A stretch of DNA of 64,000 nucleotides from a virus: positions 1 through 64,000 of the IMG/VR virus record IMGVR_UViG_3300009499_000114; one strand, written 5' to 3'. Positions 1 through 9,802 of the stretch are shown here, one piece after another. Under the pieces are notes generated by a model, which did not search any database, had not been told where the DNA came from, and saw only the letters and a program-made list of their open reading frames with translations. The stretch's first letter is position 1, and the number at the start of each line of letters is the position of its first letter. Position numbers and translations under genes: made by a program.

Positions 1-229
1 ACGTGGAGAGACGAGAAATGAACTGCTCAGAGTTCGTTCGCTATGGCAGGATCTGGTGTAGTACCGTGCTCATCATTCGTTGGTTGTATAGTCCTGTTGT
101 GAGACCTCACTTTGTCTCGGGTTCAACCTTTCGGCTATATGAAGTCCAGTGAATTCCTTACGACTCTATATACGAAAAAAATGATCCACATTTGTGGGTT
201 TGTGTAATGGCTTAGCTTGAGGTTTAGTT

Positions 230-661
230 ATGTCAGAAACTGTCCATTTTTCGCCTCGTCAACTCAAATTTATAGACTGGCTAGCTCTACCTAGACAAGA
301 GCGTGTACCGCTGACTCAGGTGCTCTTGGCTCAGGAACTTCGCTTACACCCCCGCACACTTTCTCGTTGGAGAAAAAAAGCTGAACTACAAGCAGAAGTC
401 ATGCAGCGGGTTCGCGAGATGCTCGGTGATGACTTACCTGAGATTTACGGTGCTCTGCGTAGAGAGGCGATTGCTGGCAGCTTTCATCACATCCGCTTAG
501 CTCTCAAGATGACGGGTGAGTTTACCGAAGAGCAGATCCTCACAGTCAAACTTGAACGAGAGATGAATCAGGTCTTGGACGTTTTGGAGAAAGAATTGGA
601 TGTCGATGCATACCGCCGTATTCTCACCGCCCTCAGTAGTGAGTCGGCTGGCGGAAAGTAG
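230..661 (+). CDS. terS: Terminase small subunit (phBC6A51-like HTH)
   Basis: N-terminal HTH-like segment (LTQVLLAQELRLHPRTLSRWRK); overlaps the 5' end of terL. Confidence 0.75.
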   Translation: MSETVHFSPRQLKFIDWLALPRQERVPLTQVLLAQELRLHPRTLSRWRKKAELQAEVMQRVREMLGDDLPEIYGALRREAIAGSFHHIRLALKMTGEFTEEQILTVKLEREMNQVLDVLEKELDVDAYRRILTALSSESAGGK

Positions 662-2036
662 ACTCAAGGCTCCGACGAAATCTTCTCCGACTTGGCCCTC
701 CGAGTATGTCAACTCCCGCACCGGCAAGATCTACGCCCCGCACAACGACGACGAGCGGGTATTCGTCTACGACGACGTGCCGCGCCACTCGCTGTTAAAA
801 GGGGGCGAAGGCGCGGGGAAAACAACGGCCGGCGTGGTCAAAGACCTGGAGCGCCTTCGCCGAGGCATGAACGGAGTCATGGTCGCCCCCGACCTCGAAC
901 ACCTCAAGAAGTCCACTTGGCCCGAGTTCAAGCGCTGGTGTCCCTGGGACCGGGTCATCGAGCGCCACCGCTACCGGCAAGTCGAGGGCTGGGAGCCGTC
1001 CCAGTCCTTCACTCTCGTCTTTGAGAATGCGGTCGGCGGGTACTCGGAGCTGATGTGCGGCGGCGCCAAGGAATCGGAGATCGCCGCCTGGGAAGGCCCG
1101 AACGTCAGCTTCGTCCACTTCGACGAGGCCCGTCGGCACAAGACCCCCATCGCGCTCAAGACCTTCGACGGGCGCGTTCGCATCCCCGGCCCAGCAGGAG
1201 AGCCCCCGCAGTTCTTCGTCACGACTACCCCGCGCAAACACTGGCTATTCGAGTACTTCGGCCCGCTCCTAGAAGACGACCCGCACGCGGACTTCAAGGC
1301 GGACAGTTTCGTCGGCACGGTGTTGACTTCCGAGAACGCGGCGAACCTGGAGCCGGGCTTCGCCGAGAAGCGGGCGCAGTCGCTGAACGCGGCCGAGGAA
1401 CGGGTGCTACTGCTGGCCGAGTGGGAGGACGAAGCTGATAGTGAAAAATTCCTTGCCAGTATGATTTGGTGGGATAACTGCATTGAAACTCTGCCGCCTT
1501 TGACACGGTCTGAACCGATGGTGATCGCATTGGATGCGGCCAGGGGCGGTGTTACGGATGACCCCGATGAGTTCGCGATGGTCGGGGTCACCCGACACCC
1601 CATTCGAAGGGCGGACATATCTATTCGTTATGCCAATTCTTGGCAGCCTCCCTCTGGCGGAGTGTTGGATTTTAGGCTTCCCGAAGAGGAACTTCGCCGG
1701 CTATGCCGAGAGTTTTCAGTCATCGAGGTCGCGTTCGACGTTTTTCAGCTTCACGATTTTTCAATGCGCCTGTCGTCTGAGGGGATCGCTCTTTTCAAGG
1801 AATTTTCGCAGGGGCCGGCTCGTCTCAAATCCGATAGTATGCTAAAAGATTTGATCATGGGTAAGCGCATTTCGCACAGCGGGGAGCCGAATTTGCGAAA
1901 ACATATAGATAATTCTGATTACGTAAAATCGGGTGGTGGTCGAAGAATCGTCAAAAGATCGAAGAGCTTGAAAGTAGACATGTGCGTTGCGCTGAGCATG
2001 GCAGCCGCACGAATTCTATATTACAATGTCGAGTGA
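600..2036 (+). CDS. terL: Terminase large subunit
   Basis: Walker A GGEGAGKT, Walker B VHFDEA, coupling motif TTTP, nuclease Asp (IALDAA), C-terminal KVDMCVALSMA; the real start may be GTG 639. Confidence 0.93.
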   Translation: MSMHTAVFSPPSVVSRLAESRLKAPTKSSPTWPSEYVNSRTGKIYAPHNDDERVFVYDDVPRHSLLKGGEGAGKTTAGVVKDLERLRRGMNGVMVAPDLEHLKKSTWPEFKRWCPWDRVIERHRYRQVEGWEPSQSFTLVFENAVGGYSELMCGGAKESEIAAWEGPNVSFVHFDEARRHKTPIALKTFDGRVRIPGPAGEPPQFFVTTTPRKHWLFEYFGPLLEDDPHADFKADSFVGTVLTSENAANLEPGFAEKRAQSLNAAEERVLLLAEWEDEADSEKFLASMIWWDNCIETLPPLTRSEPMVIALDAARGGVTDDPDEFAMVGVTRHPIRRADISIRYANSWQPPSGGVLDFRLPEEELRRLCREFSVIEVAFDVFQLHDFSMRLSSEGIALFKEFSQGPARLKSDSMLKDLIMGKRISHSGEPNLRKHIDNSDYVKSGGGRRIVKRSKSLKVDMCVALSMAAARILYYNVE

Positions 2037-2043
2037 TAATAGA

Positions 2044-2072
2044 TTGACAGGTTCTCTCAGGTATGGTATACT
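2044..2072 (+). promoter_or_regulatory. Sigma70-type promoter
   Basis: TTGACA-17 nt-TATACT with TG extension; RBS-like AGGAGAGG before ATG 2104. Confidence 0.8.
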
Positions 2073-2103
2073 TACCTTACTATACCATATCTAGGAGAGG
2101 GAC

Positions 2104-2643
2104 ATGAGCATTGAATATGTGGCACTCAGGGACCTGGCCCAGGAACTCGGGATCGACAGGAGCAACCTTCGCAAACAGATTTTAAGTAGCGGCCTCGGCC
2201 TTGACTTGAGAAAGATCCGAACTAAGGATAGCAAGGGGCAGCTTACCCTGGCACTCACTTCGGAAGATGCGGAAATGTTCAGGGCAGCCAGGGAACGACA
2301 GGGCTTTTCGGACAAACCGAAGCCCGTTGCGAACGGCGATGGCTGGTTCTACGTCGTGCAGATAATGCCGGATGTCGAGCCCCGGCGCGTCAAGCTGGGC
2401 TTCGCGTCGGATGCACAGAATCGGCTCAATGCTTTCAGGACCGTATCACCCTCGGCAGAACTGGTGAAGTCCTGGCCCTGTAAAAGAGGTTGGGAACTGA
2501 CCGTGATTGATTCGGTGACGAGGTATGGGTGTGAATGGCTAGGCGGGGAAGTCTTTGACTGTGACGATTTGGAAAGTCTCGTTGGGAATTGCGAGGCTTT
2601 CTTTTTGATAATGCCAGAGGTACAGGGAGTAAATTGTGATTGA
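2104..2643 (+). CDS. HTH + GIY-YIG (T5orf172-like) nuclease
   Basis: HTH LRDLAQELGIDRSNLRK; GWFYVVQ...RVKLGFASDAQNRL. Confidence 0.7.
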   Translation: MSIEYVALRDLAQELGIDRSNLRKQILSSGLGLDLRKIRTKDSKGQLTLALTSEDAEMFRAARERQGFSDKPKPVANGDGWFYVVQIMPDVEPRRVKLGFASDAQNRLNAFRTVSPSAELVKSWPCKRGWELTVIDSVTRYGCEWLGGEVFDCDDLESLVGNCEAFFLIMPEVQGVNCD

Positions 2644-3121
2644 AGTAACTGCTGGTGACGTGCTGGACGGCGAGAAATTACTTGACTTATTAGGCTGTAG
2701 ACGTGATCCACTACCGGGGGAAAGTTTCAATGACGCTTGTGCTAGATTGAAAAAGGCTGGACCTCGACCCAGTTATCGTTTATATGTAGTACGTGATGGT
2801 GATGTAGTGTTTTATGTGGGCCAGAGTCAGAATGTGATCAACCGATTATGGGATCATTTAGGTGAAGGGTGCTGGGCGCGGGTGCAAGGAAAATCGAATT
2901 TAGGCCGACTCATAAAATTCAACCTGCCCGCGTCTCGTGTCTGGCAAATAGAATTGCTGACGGTTGAGGATTGTCAGGATTACGGTGAGACGTATGGTGA
3001 TGTAAGCCGGGCGGAACAATTACTGATTGATTATCATTCGCCATACCTGAATGTGAAAGGTAACCGAGCATCATCAGGTCTGTTGCCAGAATGCTATAAA
3101 ACACCTTGGGTCCGACGTTGA
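2636..3121 (+). CDS. GIY-YIG nuclease family protein
   Basis: RLYVVRDGDVVFYVGQSQNVINRLWDH...AEQLLI...PYLN. Confidence 0.75.
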   Translation: MIEVTAGDVLDGEKLLDLLGCRRDPLPGESFNDACARLKKAGPRPSYRLYVVRDGDVVFYVGQSQNVINRLWDHLGEGCWARVQGKSNLGRLIKFNLPASRVWQIELLTVEDCQDYGETYGDVSRAEQLLIDYHSPYLNVKGNRASSGLLPECYKTPWVRR

Positions 3122-3161
3122 GGTGTGAGGTGAGTCTTTACATAGAGCATTTGAACTTGTC

Positions 3162-3189
3162 TTGACAATACCGCATACCGTGGTATAAT
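3162..3189 (+). promoter_or_regulatory. Sigma70-type promoter
   Basis: TTGACA-16 nt-TATAAT with extended -10 (TGgTATAAT). Confidence 0.8.
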
Positions 3190-3424
3190 GTTCTTGAGTG
3201 GCCTGTGGCGGTCAGATTCTAACTAATCACGCGAGTTCGGGGAAGTTTGCAGACATCCTAATCTAGCATAACCTGAGCGAACCTGGCGACGTTTGAGATT
3301 TTACGGCACTTACACTTAAATTTGATACCTGAAACCCGCACCAAGATGGACATACTGTAATATCAATATGACCATTTTAACGCCTTAGCGGGCGACGTGG
3401 TGGGTCGGTTCATTATAACGGGGG

Positions 3425-4117
3425 ATGAACGTGGTGAGATTTTCTGAGGCAGAAGTTCGTGAGGCGTATCGACAAGTTAAGAAGAACGTGAAGATTTTTG
3501 AGGCTGTAAATCAGTTTGGCCTTTGCAGCATATCCGTGTTCGTCGGTGATCAAGATGCGCAGATAATCGTATCAGGATTGGTGAAGACCGGCGAACGTCC
3601 CGAGGATTTCTTCATCAATGATTTTGTGGATAGCCCTGCTGTTTTTATAGAGGATCCCGATAAACTCGGCTGGGGTAGGTGGGTTGGCTTGATAGACAAC
3701 CAAGCAATTGATTCTGAGGAGCAGCAAACGAAAGAATTCAGCTTCCCCGTCCGCCTGAGGATCAATGGGCAGAAGGTCTGCCTTTCGTCCATAGTCATGT
3801 CGGACCACTGGGTTTACCCATCTGGGTACAGCACTATCGGAGGGAAATGGACCGGGTGGTCTCTGAAGATTGAGTCGTCCGATAGAATGCCAGTTTCTCA
3901 TCGAGATAAGTGCAACGTCTCCGTTTCTGTCGGGAGCCTCGACTTCGATGGAGTGGGTCGGTTGGAGAAGACCGCGACAGGAGTTTCAGGCGTCGTTTAC
4001 TGGTTCATGGGCAAGCGGCCTTTTGAGCTCACCGGGTCCTGGCTAGAGTCGGAAGAAAACCCTCTCCTCGCCCACGGTTTCCTGGCCGGGGTTCTGGCCG
4101 GGCGGGACGACGGATGA
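3425..4117 (+). CDS. Hypothetical protein
   Basis: 230-aa ORF downstream of the 3162 promoter. Confidence 0.6.
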   Translation: MNVVRFSEAEVREAYRQVKKNVKIFEAVNQFGLCSISVFVGDQDAQIIVSGLVKTGERPEDFFINDFVDSPAVFIEDPDKLGWGRWVGLIDNQAIDSEEQQTKEFSFPVRLRINGQKVCLSSIVMSDHWVYPSGYSTIGGKWTGWSLKIESSDRMPVSHRDKCNVSVSVGSLDFDGVGRLEKTATGVSGVVYWFMGKRPFELTGSWLESEENPLLAHGFLAGVLAGRDDG

Positions 4118-4145
4118 TGGCCGAGAAGAAAATGGTCCCCGTCTG

Positions 4146-4345
4146 CCGGCATCGAGGAAATAATTATGATGGGAAAATATAGGCGAAAAGGGGCGAAGAA
4201 GAGGCTGACCCCCGTCTGCCGGCACTGCGGCAAGGCTCTGGTCATGGACCGGGAGAGCGGCCTGCAGGCCTGCCCTGAACACGGGGTGCAGCGGCGGTAT
4301 TCGTGGGCGGCGGGAGGGAAAGTAAAGGAGAATAAACATGGATAA
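4146..4345 (+). CDS. Small Zn-ribbon-like protein (coordinates approximate)
   Basis: Read manually: MMGKYRRKGAKKRLTPVCRHCGKALVMDRESGLQACPEHG...; CxxC...CxxH. Confidence 0.45.
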
Positions 4346-4502
4346 GATTTACATATGGATAGCATGGCATTTGCCTAAAGTGGTCGTGAAGTGGTGTGCA
4401 ATTAGGATGAGTGCTTTTGCTACTCGGGGGCTGTACAGCTCAATGGATGTATCAGATCTGCGCATAATTGATGCATTGGATCGTTGGAATTTGGCAGATT
4501 AA
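4338..4502 (+). CDS. Small hypothetical protein
   Basis: AAGGAG RBS; MDKIYIWIAWHLPKVVVKWCAIR... Confidence 0.55.
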   Translation: MDKIYIWIAWHLPKVVVKWCAIRMSAFATRGLYSSMDVSDLRIIDALDRWNLAD

Positions 4503-4695
4503 GGGACTACGCTAAAAAAAGGAAGGTCAAAATGTTTTTCATAGGTTCAATCAGAAGGTTCCTGTTTACTCCATTTCCTAGTCGCTGGAACGCCCGGGTG
4601 CGGGATGTGACAGCGCGACTTGAGGGAACCTGGCTCATTCGCAGCGAAAAATAGTTGGATGTGTATGGGGCGGCGGGAGGAAAAGAATAAGAGGC

Positions 4696-5199
4696 ATGAG
4701 AGCAATATTGAATCCATATCTGAAGTTAAGGAAGTCACGTTATATGCATTTCTACTTCCCTCGGCGCAAGGATGACGATGGGATAATGAGACGATTCTTT
4801 GATTTCCTGAGACACGCGCGGCCGGCTTATAGATTGTGGCTGGAGCGTGAGGCTGAGCGCGAGAATGCCATCAAACTGGCGAAAAGGCTGTCCGATCTTG
4901 GTTTCACTTGGGGAGGGGGCTGTCCTGCCCGAGACGTAAGCCCGGCTTTGAAATTAGCCCAGCGGTACGGAGTAGAATTCCACGTCGGCCTGGCCTACTG
5001 CGATTGTCGGGCAGTGTTGCCACAGAGTCAATGGGTTCGACCGCCTGATCCTGCTACCGACCCGTTCTTGTTCGGGATTTTTTACAGGCAACCTTTGGAG
5101 CAAATATCTGAGGTTGTCGCCTTTGGTTTCTCTGTCCAGGAGGCGGTGTGCAAGTGCTTGGAGAACGCGGCGAGGGCGAAGGTCGTGGACCCGAACTGA
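4696..5199 (+). CDS. Hypothetical phage protein
   Basis: ORF in a translationally coupled string; start uncertain. Confidence 0.5.
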   Translation: MRAILNPYLKLRKSRYMHFYFPRRKDDDGIMRRFFDFLRHARPAYRLWLEREAERENAIKLAKRLSDLGFTWGGGCPARDVSPALKLAQRYGVEFHVGLAYCDCRAVLPQSQWVRPPDPATDPFLFGIFYRQPLEQISEVVAFGFSVQEAVCKCLENAARAKVVDPN

Positions 5200-5642
5200 T
5201 GGATACAAGGGCTTACTCTTTGCCACGAAAGCGATCACGCTACCTGCGCTTCTGCTATCACGTTCGGCGTGTCTACTGCCACCTGCACCCGTTCATCAGG
5301 GCACGCTGTCGGTATGGTGAGGACGGACGGATCATAGTTTACTCTCCGAATCGTCACCAGTGGATCATGCGCCATGCGTCGCTCATCAGTCACGGTGTCC
5401 CGTTCTTCTTCGAGCCGTGGGTGAACCCGGACGACCTGGAGTACTTGCCCACGGATAGGTCGTTTGTCGTGGCATTGTGTCAGAGGTTCGTGCATGAGCT
5501 TGTAAGGACTGAGTGGGGGAAGATTGCTTATAGGCGTGCTCTACGACAGTTTAGCAGAGCAGGCTATGACTTAGAATGGGTAAAGACGTGGAGCTATGAG
5601 GACACAATTGCTGGGGGGCAGGAAGTTGCAAAATGGCACTGA
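5199..5642 (+). CDS. Hypothetical protein
   Basis: TGATG coupling with the upstream ORF (start refined from 5148). Confidence 0.5.
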   Translation: MDTRAYSLPRKRSRYLRFCYHVRRVYCHLHPFIRARCRYGEDGRIIVYSPNRHQWIMRHASLISHGVPFFFEPWVNPDDLEYLPTDRSFVVALCQRFVHELVRTEWGKIAYRRALRQFSRAGYDLEWVKTWSYEDTIAGGQEVAKWH

Positions 5643-5830
5643 AAACTGAGCACACGCTAATCGCCATCGGCTTCATGTCCCATTATCACGTCTATATTGA
5701 TGTGCCCTTAGATGAAGCCAAGCGCAGGTGGAAGGCTGAAGAGGAAATGGACATAGATGGTGAATTTGTGACTGTGGAAGTGGTGCGTGCCAAAGACGAA
5801 TTTGAGGCTTATGCGATATGGGAGACGTGA
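5633..5830 (+). CDS. Hypothetical protein
   Basis: Overlapping, coupled small ORF. Confidence 0.5.
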   Translation: MALKTEHTLIAIGFMSHYHVYIDVPLDEAKRRWKAEEEMDIDGEFVTVEVVRAKDEFEAYAIWET

Positions 5831-6249
5831 ACTTGCGGGAGTTTGACGCCTGGATAGCGGAGCATGTGTTCGGGCATCAACTCAAGTACATAGATGCGCC
5901 GATTTCACAAAACGTGTACGTATTTTATCTTGTGAGAAAGCCCGCGTCTGAGGAAAATGAGTGGACTGAGGAAGAAGACTGGTGGGAAGTTCCGTTTTAC
6001 TCTGCACAACCCGTTGACTTCGCCCTCATCAAGCGCGGGATTGAAAAGCGTTGGTGGGGCTGGGACGTTAGCCGAGAAAATGGGCCCAAGGCTTCTTTCC
6101 GGTTTACAGTCCATGTACCCCAGGGTATGCCGGGTCAATACTGCCGTGAGTTTAAGGGGTATGCCAATACTGAAGAATTGGCTGGCTGCTTGGCTCTGAA
6201 GGAGGCGGTGAAGGCGACGGAGAAAGCCGCAGAGGTGACGGATGGCTGA
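5827..6249 (+). CDS. Phage ABA-sandwich-like protein
   Basis: FDAWIAEHVFG...VPFYS...EELAGCLALKEA. Confidence 0.6.
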   Translation: MNLREFDAWIAEHVFGHQLKYIDAPISQNVYVFYLVRKPASEENEWTEEEDWWEVPFYSAQPVDFALIKRGIEKRWWGWDVSRENGPKASFRFTVHVPQGMPGQYCREFKGYANTEELAGCLALKEAVKATEKAAEVTDG

Positions 6250-6520
6250 AGTTCGCAGGCATGCGGAAACTGTGAGCTTGTCGCTAAAACTCATAAGACA
6301 ACTTGCGTCTGGTGTTACTTCTCTTAAAGAAGAATTGGAGCATGTGGAAGTTATTTTGGAGAAGATTATACATACTATGGATCTTCATGGTGCGAGCGTT
6401 TTCGGCTTCAATGCAGTTGCTCTGGATAAAGAGGAATGGAATGGCCTCTATATAGAATTGACTGCCTTATTGGTACGCATCAAGGAAGTTCTGGGGGAGG
6501 AATCTAATGGACCGAATTGA
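6242..6520 (+). CDS. Hypothetical protein
   Basis: GAGG RBS, overlapping neighbours. Confidence 0.55.
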   Translation: MAEVRRHAETVSLSLKLIRQLASGVTSLKEELEHVEVILEKIIHTMDLHGASVFGFNAVALDKEEWNGLYIELTALLVRIKEVLGEESNGPN

Positions 6521-6806
6521 ACTGTCCGTGTTCCTGCGGCATTACGCGGTTTCGTTGAGGGAAGCGCTTGAAGCGGTCAAGTCTGAACTGCCGGCTGAGT
6601 TGGCGGAAGAGGTGACTCATCCGAGGGATTATCTGTACAGGATTGAAGGACTGGGGGGGAATATACAGCGAACTACAGAATATCCTATCTTAAAGAAACT
6701 TGAGAAACTTCTGACCACGATGGAAGACGACCTGACCATGCTGACGTTGGGTCCCGGGATGTCGCAGCCCGGCCGCCCCATACAGGATTATTTTAAGAAT
6801 GATTGA
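6507..6806 (+). CDS. Hypothetical protein
   Basis: GGAGG RBS, overlapping neighbours. Confidence 0.55.
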   Translation: MDRIELSVFLRHYAVSLREALEAVKSELPAELAEEVTHPRDYLYRIEGLGGNIQRTTEYPILKKLEKLLTTMEDDLTMLTLGPGMSQPGRPIQDYFKND

Positions 6807-6851
6807 AGGTGTCTTAAAGAAAGTACAAAGAACACTATACAGAGGTGAAGC

Positions 6852-7553
6852 ATGAATTTGCGACAATTTTTCAAGTCCTTGACTCAGCAGCCAGTTCACA
6901 AGAAACTTGAGCCGCGCCAATCTTGGGAGAGATCAGAGTTTGACGTTGCAAAGAGACGGCGTCGGCCAGGCGAATCAGTTATGGGCGTTTGGGAGAGAGA
7001 GAGAAGCGAAGATGGAGAGGCTTATAGGGAAATCGTACAGACTATCAGTACCGGGCACGAAACTTTACCAGAACTTGCCAAGAAAGTCTACCTACATTTC
7101 AAAGAGAATGAGAAAGAAGGAAGACGCATCCTAAAACTTGAAAAGAGTCTTGGATCTTACGTGCCAGTTCTAAAGAAACTTGGTCTAACAGAGATAGAGC
7201 TAAGCGGCAGAGAATCAGAATCACTTCTCTACGGTCCTACAATAGACTTTGAACTAGATGGTCTGAAATTAAGAGCGGATTATGAATATAACGGGGATTT
7301 CTCGGGTTTCCTCCGATTCTGGGCTGATTGTCCTTATTGCGGAATTGAAGTTCTATCTAGGCCGTGCTATGGCTTATATTCTCTTGGGCTTTACCTTGAA
7401 AATTTTGTGCCTGATTCGGAGTTTCACGAATGCCCGATAGAGCTTGAGCAGAATCAATGTAAACTGAACGAGGAATATATACGGAAGGCTGTGAAGACTG
7501 TAAGACAGTTTGGTTTTGAGGTTTCACTAATGGAGAAGAAAAAGAATGATTGA
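6852..7553 (+). CDS. Hypothetical protein
   Basis: GAGG RBS; 233 aa with CPYC motif. Confidence 0.6.
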   Translation: MNLRQFFKSLTQQPVHKKLEPRQSWERSEFDVAKRRRRPGESVMGVWERERSEDGEAYREIVQTISTGHETLPELAKKVYLHFKENEKEGRRILKLEKSLGSYVPVLKKLGLTEIELSGRESESLLYGPTIDFELDGLKLRADYEYNGDFSGFLRFWADCPYCGIEVLSRPCYGLYSLGLYLENFVPDSEFHECPIELEQNQCKLNEEYIRKAVKTVRQFGFEVSLMEKKKND

Positions 7554-8049
7554 AGGCGTCGTCCTCAAGCCCCTCGTCACCTACCCCGACGAACGCGGCT
7601 TCTTCCGCGAGGTCGTCCGGGCCAGCGATGGATTCTTCGCCGAGGGTTTCGGCCAGCTCTCGCACAGCTTCATGCGGGCTGGCGTCGCCAAGGCATGGCA
7701 CGTCCACAGCCGGCAAGTGGACTGGTGGTACGTCGTGTCCGGCTGCCTCAAGGTGGCGCTGTACGACCTGCGGTACGCGGCACCCTGGCCGGAATTCTCG
7801 GCGTCCCAGGTGGAGCACCGCGAGTTCTCAGATACTGCCGGTGAACTGCTGGAATTGTTCCTCGGTGACGGCCACCCGGCTCAGGTGCTGCGCATCCCGC
7901 CCGGCGTGGCGCACGGGTGCAAGGCGCTGGAGCCGACGCACCTGCTGTATATCACGAGCCTGGAGTACGACGGGACCAACGAGGGGCGGTTGCCGCACGA
8001 CGTTTCGGGCATAGATTACGACTGGCTGAGCGGGCCGGAGGTGACGTAA
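7546..8049 (+). CDS. rmlC: dTDP-4-dehydrorhamnose 3,5-epimerase family (RmlC-like cupin)
   Basis: MIEGVVLKPL..YPDERGFFRE, KAWHVH, LYDLR, IPPGVAHG. Confidence 0.85.
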   Translation: MIEGVVLKPLVTYPDERGFFREVVRASDGFFAEGFGQLSHSFMRAGVAKAWHVHSRQVDWWYVVSGCLKVALYDLRYAAPWPEFSASQVEHREFSDTAGELLELFLGDGHPAQVLRIPPGVAHGCKALEPTHLLYITSLEYDGTNEGRLPHDVSGIDYDWLSGPEVT

Positions 8050-8053
8050 GCAA

Positions 8054-8275
8054 ATGAAAGCATCTTATTATCTCACGACTGCTGATGGTCAGACGAAACC
8101 CGTTGAGAACGTAGTTGGCCTGGCCCGCTACCTGGGCGATGCCGCGCTGGCCCGCAAACTGGAGGCCCTGGCCGAGCGCCTCGACCCGGCCGCCTGGCGC
8201 GTCGTGCGTTCGTGGGCCGAGCAGGAAGCGCCGGGCGCGCTGCGTCTGGTGGACCGGAAGAGGCTGAAACCGTGA
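8054..8275 (+). CDS. Hypothetical protein
   Basis: GGAGG upstream; operon context. Confidence 0.5.
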   Translation: MKASYYLTTADGQTKPVENVVGLARYLGDAALARKLEALAERLDPAAWRVVRSWAEQEAPGALRLVDRKRLKP

Positions 8276-8286
8276 GGAGAAAAATC

Positions 8287-8448
8287 ATGACAAACCAGAG
8301 TGAACTGACCAAAAACAAGGCAACCGACCGGATAGCCGAGGCGTTTCTATGGGTTATCTGTGCCGCGTTTGCTATCTTCATCCTCGCCCTTTCCCTGGGC
8401 ATTTCGGTCGTGGTGTTCAGGTTCCTGGTGGGGCTTGGCTGTGGATGA
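8287..8448 (+). CDS. Small single-TM membrane protein
   Basis: AGGAG RBS; hydrophobic AFLWVICAAFAIFILALSLGISVVVF. Confidence 0.5.
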   Translation: MTNQSELTKNKATDRIAEAFLWVICAAFAIFILALSLGISVVVFRFLVGLGCG

Positions 8449-8486
8449 CTGCCTGCTCTGCCATGCCGAAGCAAGTGAGGTGGTAA

Positions 8487-8654
8487 GTGAAGAATGAGAA
8501 GAAGTACCCTTGGTTTCCAGAGGAGGGATCCTTTCCATGGTGGATAATCGTGATTTCTTACTTCATCTTTGCTGTCGACACAATAGTGCGTTTCTTCTGG
8601 CCCAGTCTCTGCCTCAAAGAGATAGCGATTTTCCTGGTTCAGGTTCTGCCATGA
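8487..8654 (+). CDS. Small membrane protein (55 aa, not in ORF track)
   Basis: GAGGTGG RBS, GTG start; VKNEKKYPWF...WWIIVISYFIFAVDT. Confidence 0.45.
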   Translation: MKNEKKYPWFPEEGSFPWWIIVISYFIFAVDTIVRFFWPSLCLKEIAIFLVQVLP

Positions 8655-8936
8655 ATGGACATAAATATGGATGACTGTCTTCTCTGCAAAGCCGAAAAAT
8701 TGACCACTTGGCACTACGAGGACGCCGGCTTCTTTATCTGCGACTGCCTGACCTGCGGCGTGCCGATGGCCGTGATGCGGGTCCACGCGCTCAGCCCGCT
8801 GGACGACATGCGCGACGCGATCAAGCGGGAGCTGACCCGCGTCGCAAACGCCCGCTACGGGCCGGGCAACTGGCGCTACGACTTCGAATTGCGGGGCATC
8901 AAGGACCACTGGCATGTTCACGCGAGGCCGAGGTGA
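8655..8936 (+). CDS. HIT-like / Zn-binding small protein
   Basis: CLLC, CDCLTC and C-terminal HWHVH histidine-triad-like motif. Confidence 0.55.
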   Translation: MDINMDDCLLCKAEKLTTWHYEDAGFFICDCLTCGVPMAVMRVHALSPLDDMRDAIKRELTRVANARYGPGNWRYDFELRGIKDHWHVHARPR

Positions 8937-8939
8937 TCG

Positions 8940-9212
8940 ATGGTTACAAAAATGTACAGGCCCAAGCGTTCTTGCCCGAGAAATCTAGGGTCCTGGTATT
9001 GCGATGACTGTCGGGCTAGATGCCTTGACGAATCGTCCTCGAGTGATTATCCTGTCGATCTTGAGGGTTGTGATAAGAAATTAGGTGACCGGGTATGCGG
9101 GCAGACGCATCTGGGCTATGAACTGTGCCCTGAGTGTGAAGCCGAGGGTCGTGAGAAATCGCTGCACGTGAATGAATATGAGGTTGTGGCCGTGATCAGG
9201 AGTTCAAAGTGA
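8940..9212 (+). CDS. Cys-rich hypothetical protein
   Basis: CDDC, CPEC motifs; GAGG RBS. Confidence 0.45.
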   Translation: MVTKMYRPKRSCPRNLGSWYCDDCRARCLDESSSSDYPVDLEGCDKKLGDRVCGQTHLGYELCPECEAEGREKSLHVNEYEVVAVIRSSK

Positions 9213-9802
9213 TCAGTGTTTCAGAGTTTGCCAGCATCGGTCAGGATGTGACCATCTGGCCCCTGGCCAAGATAGTGTCGCCCGAGGTCATATCCATCGG
9301 CGATTCGGTCATCATAGATGATTTCGTCTTTATCGTAGGCGGTGAGGAAACCGTCATCGGCAACTTCGTGCACATCGCCTCTTTCACGTCCATCACCGGT
9401 GGCGGCAAGTTCGTGATGGAGGATTTCACTACCCTGTCAAGCGGGGTGCGAATTTTCACGGGCAATGATGACTACTCCGGGGGGTGCCTGACGGGTTCGG
9501 CGGTTCCTGCTCCCTACCGTATACCAATTCGTTCCTTCATATGCATTAGGAAGCATGCAATCATCGGGGCTGAGGCGGTGATCCTGCCGGGTGTAACTAT
9601 CGGCAGGGGCGTGGTCATCGGAGCGAACTCACTCGTCAAGAAGGACTGTGAGCCGTGGACGGTCTATGCCGGGTCGCCTGCGAGGGCTATCAAGTCCCGC
9701 CCGAAAAAACGCATCCTTGAGCTTGAGGACCAACTACGTGATGAACTCTATGATCTGGAAGGAAACTACGTCTCGAAACTTGATAGGGAGCAATGGGGAT
9801 GA
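9209..9802 (+). CDS. Hexapeptide-repeat acyltransferase (VioB-like sugar N-acyltransferase)
   Basis: LbH repeats (ISIGDSVIIDDF, IGNFVHIA), DDYSGG motif, ILPGVTIG..VVIGANSLV..VYAGSPA. Confidence 0.85.
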   Translation: MISVSEFASIGQDVTIWPLAKIVSPEVISIGDSVIIDDFVFIVGGEETVIGNFVHIASFTSITGGGKFVMEDFTTLSSGVRIFTGNDDYSGGCLTGSAVPAPYRIPIRSFICIRKHAIIGAEAVILPGVTIGRGVVIGANSLVKKDCEPWTVYAGSPARAIKSRPKKRILELEDQLRDELYDLEGNYVSKLDREQWG

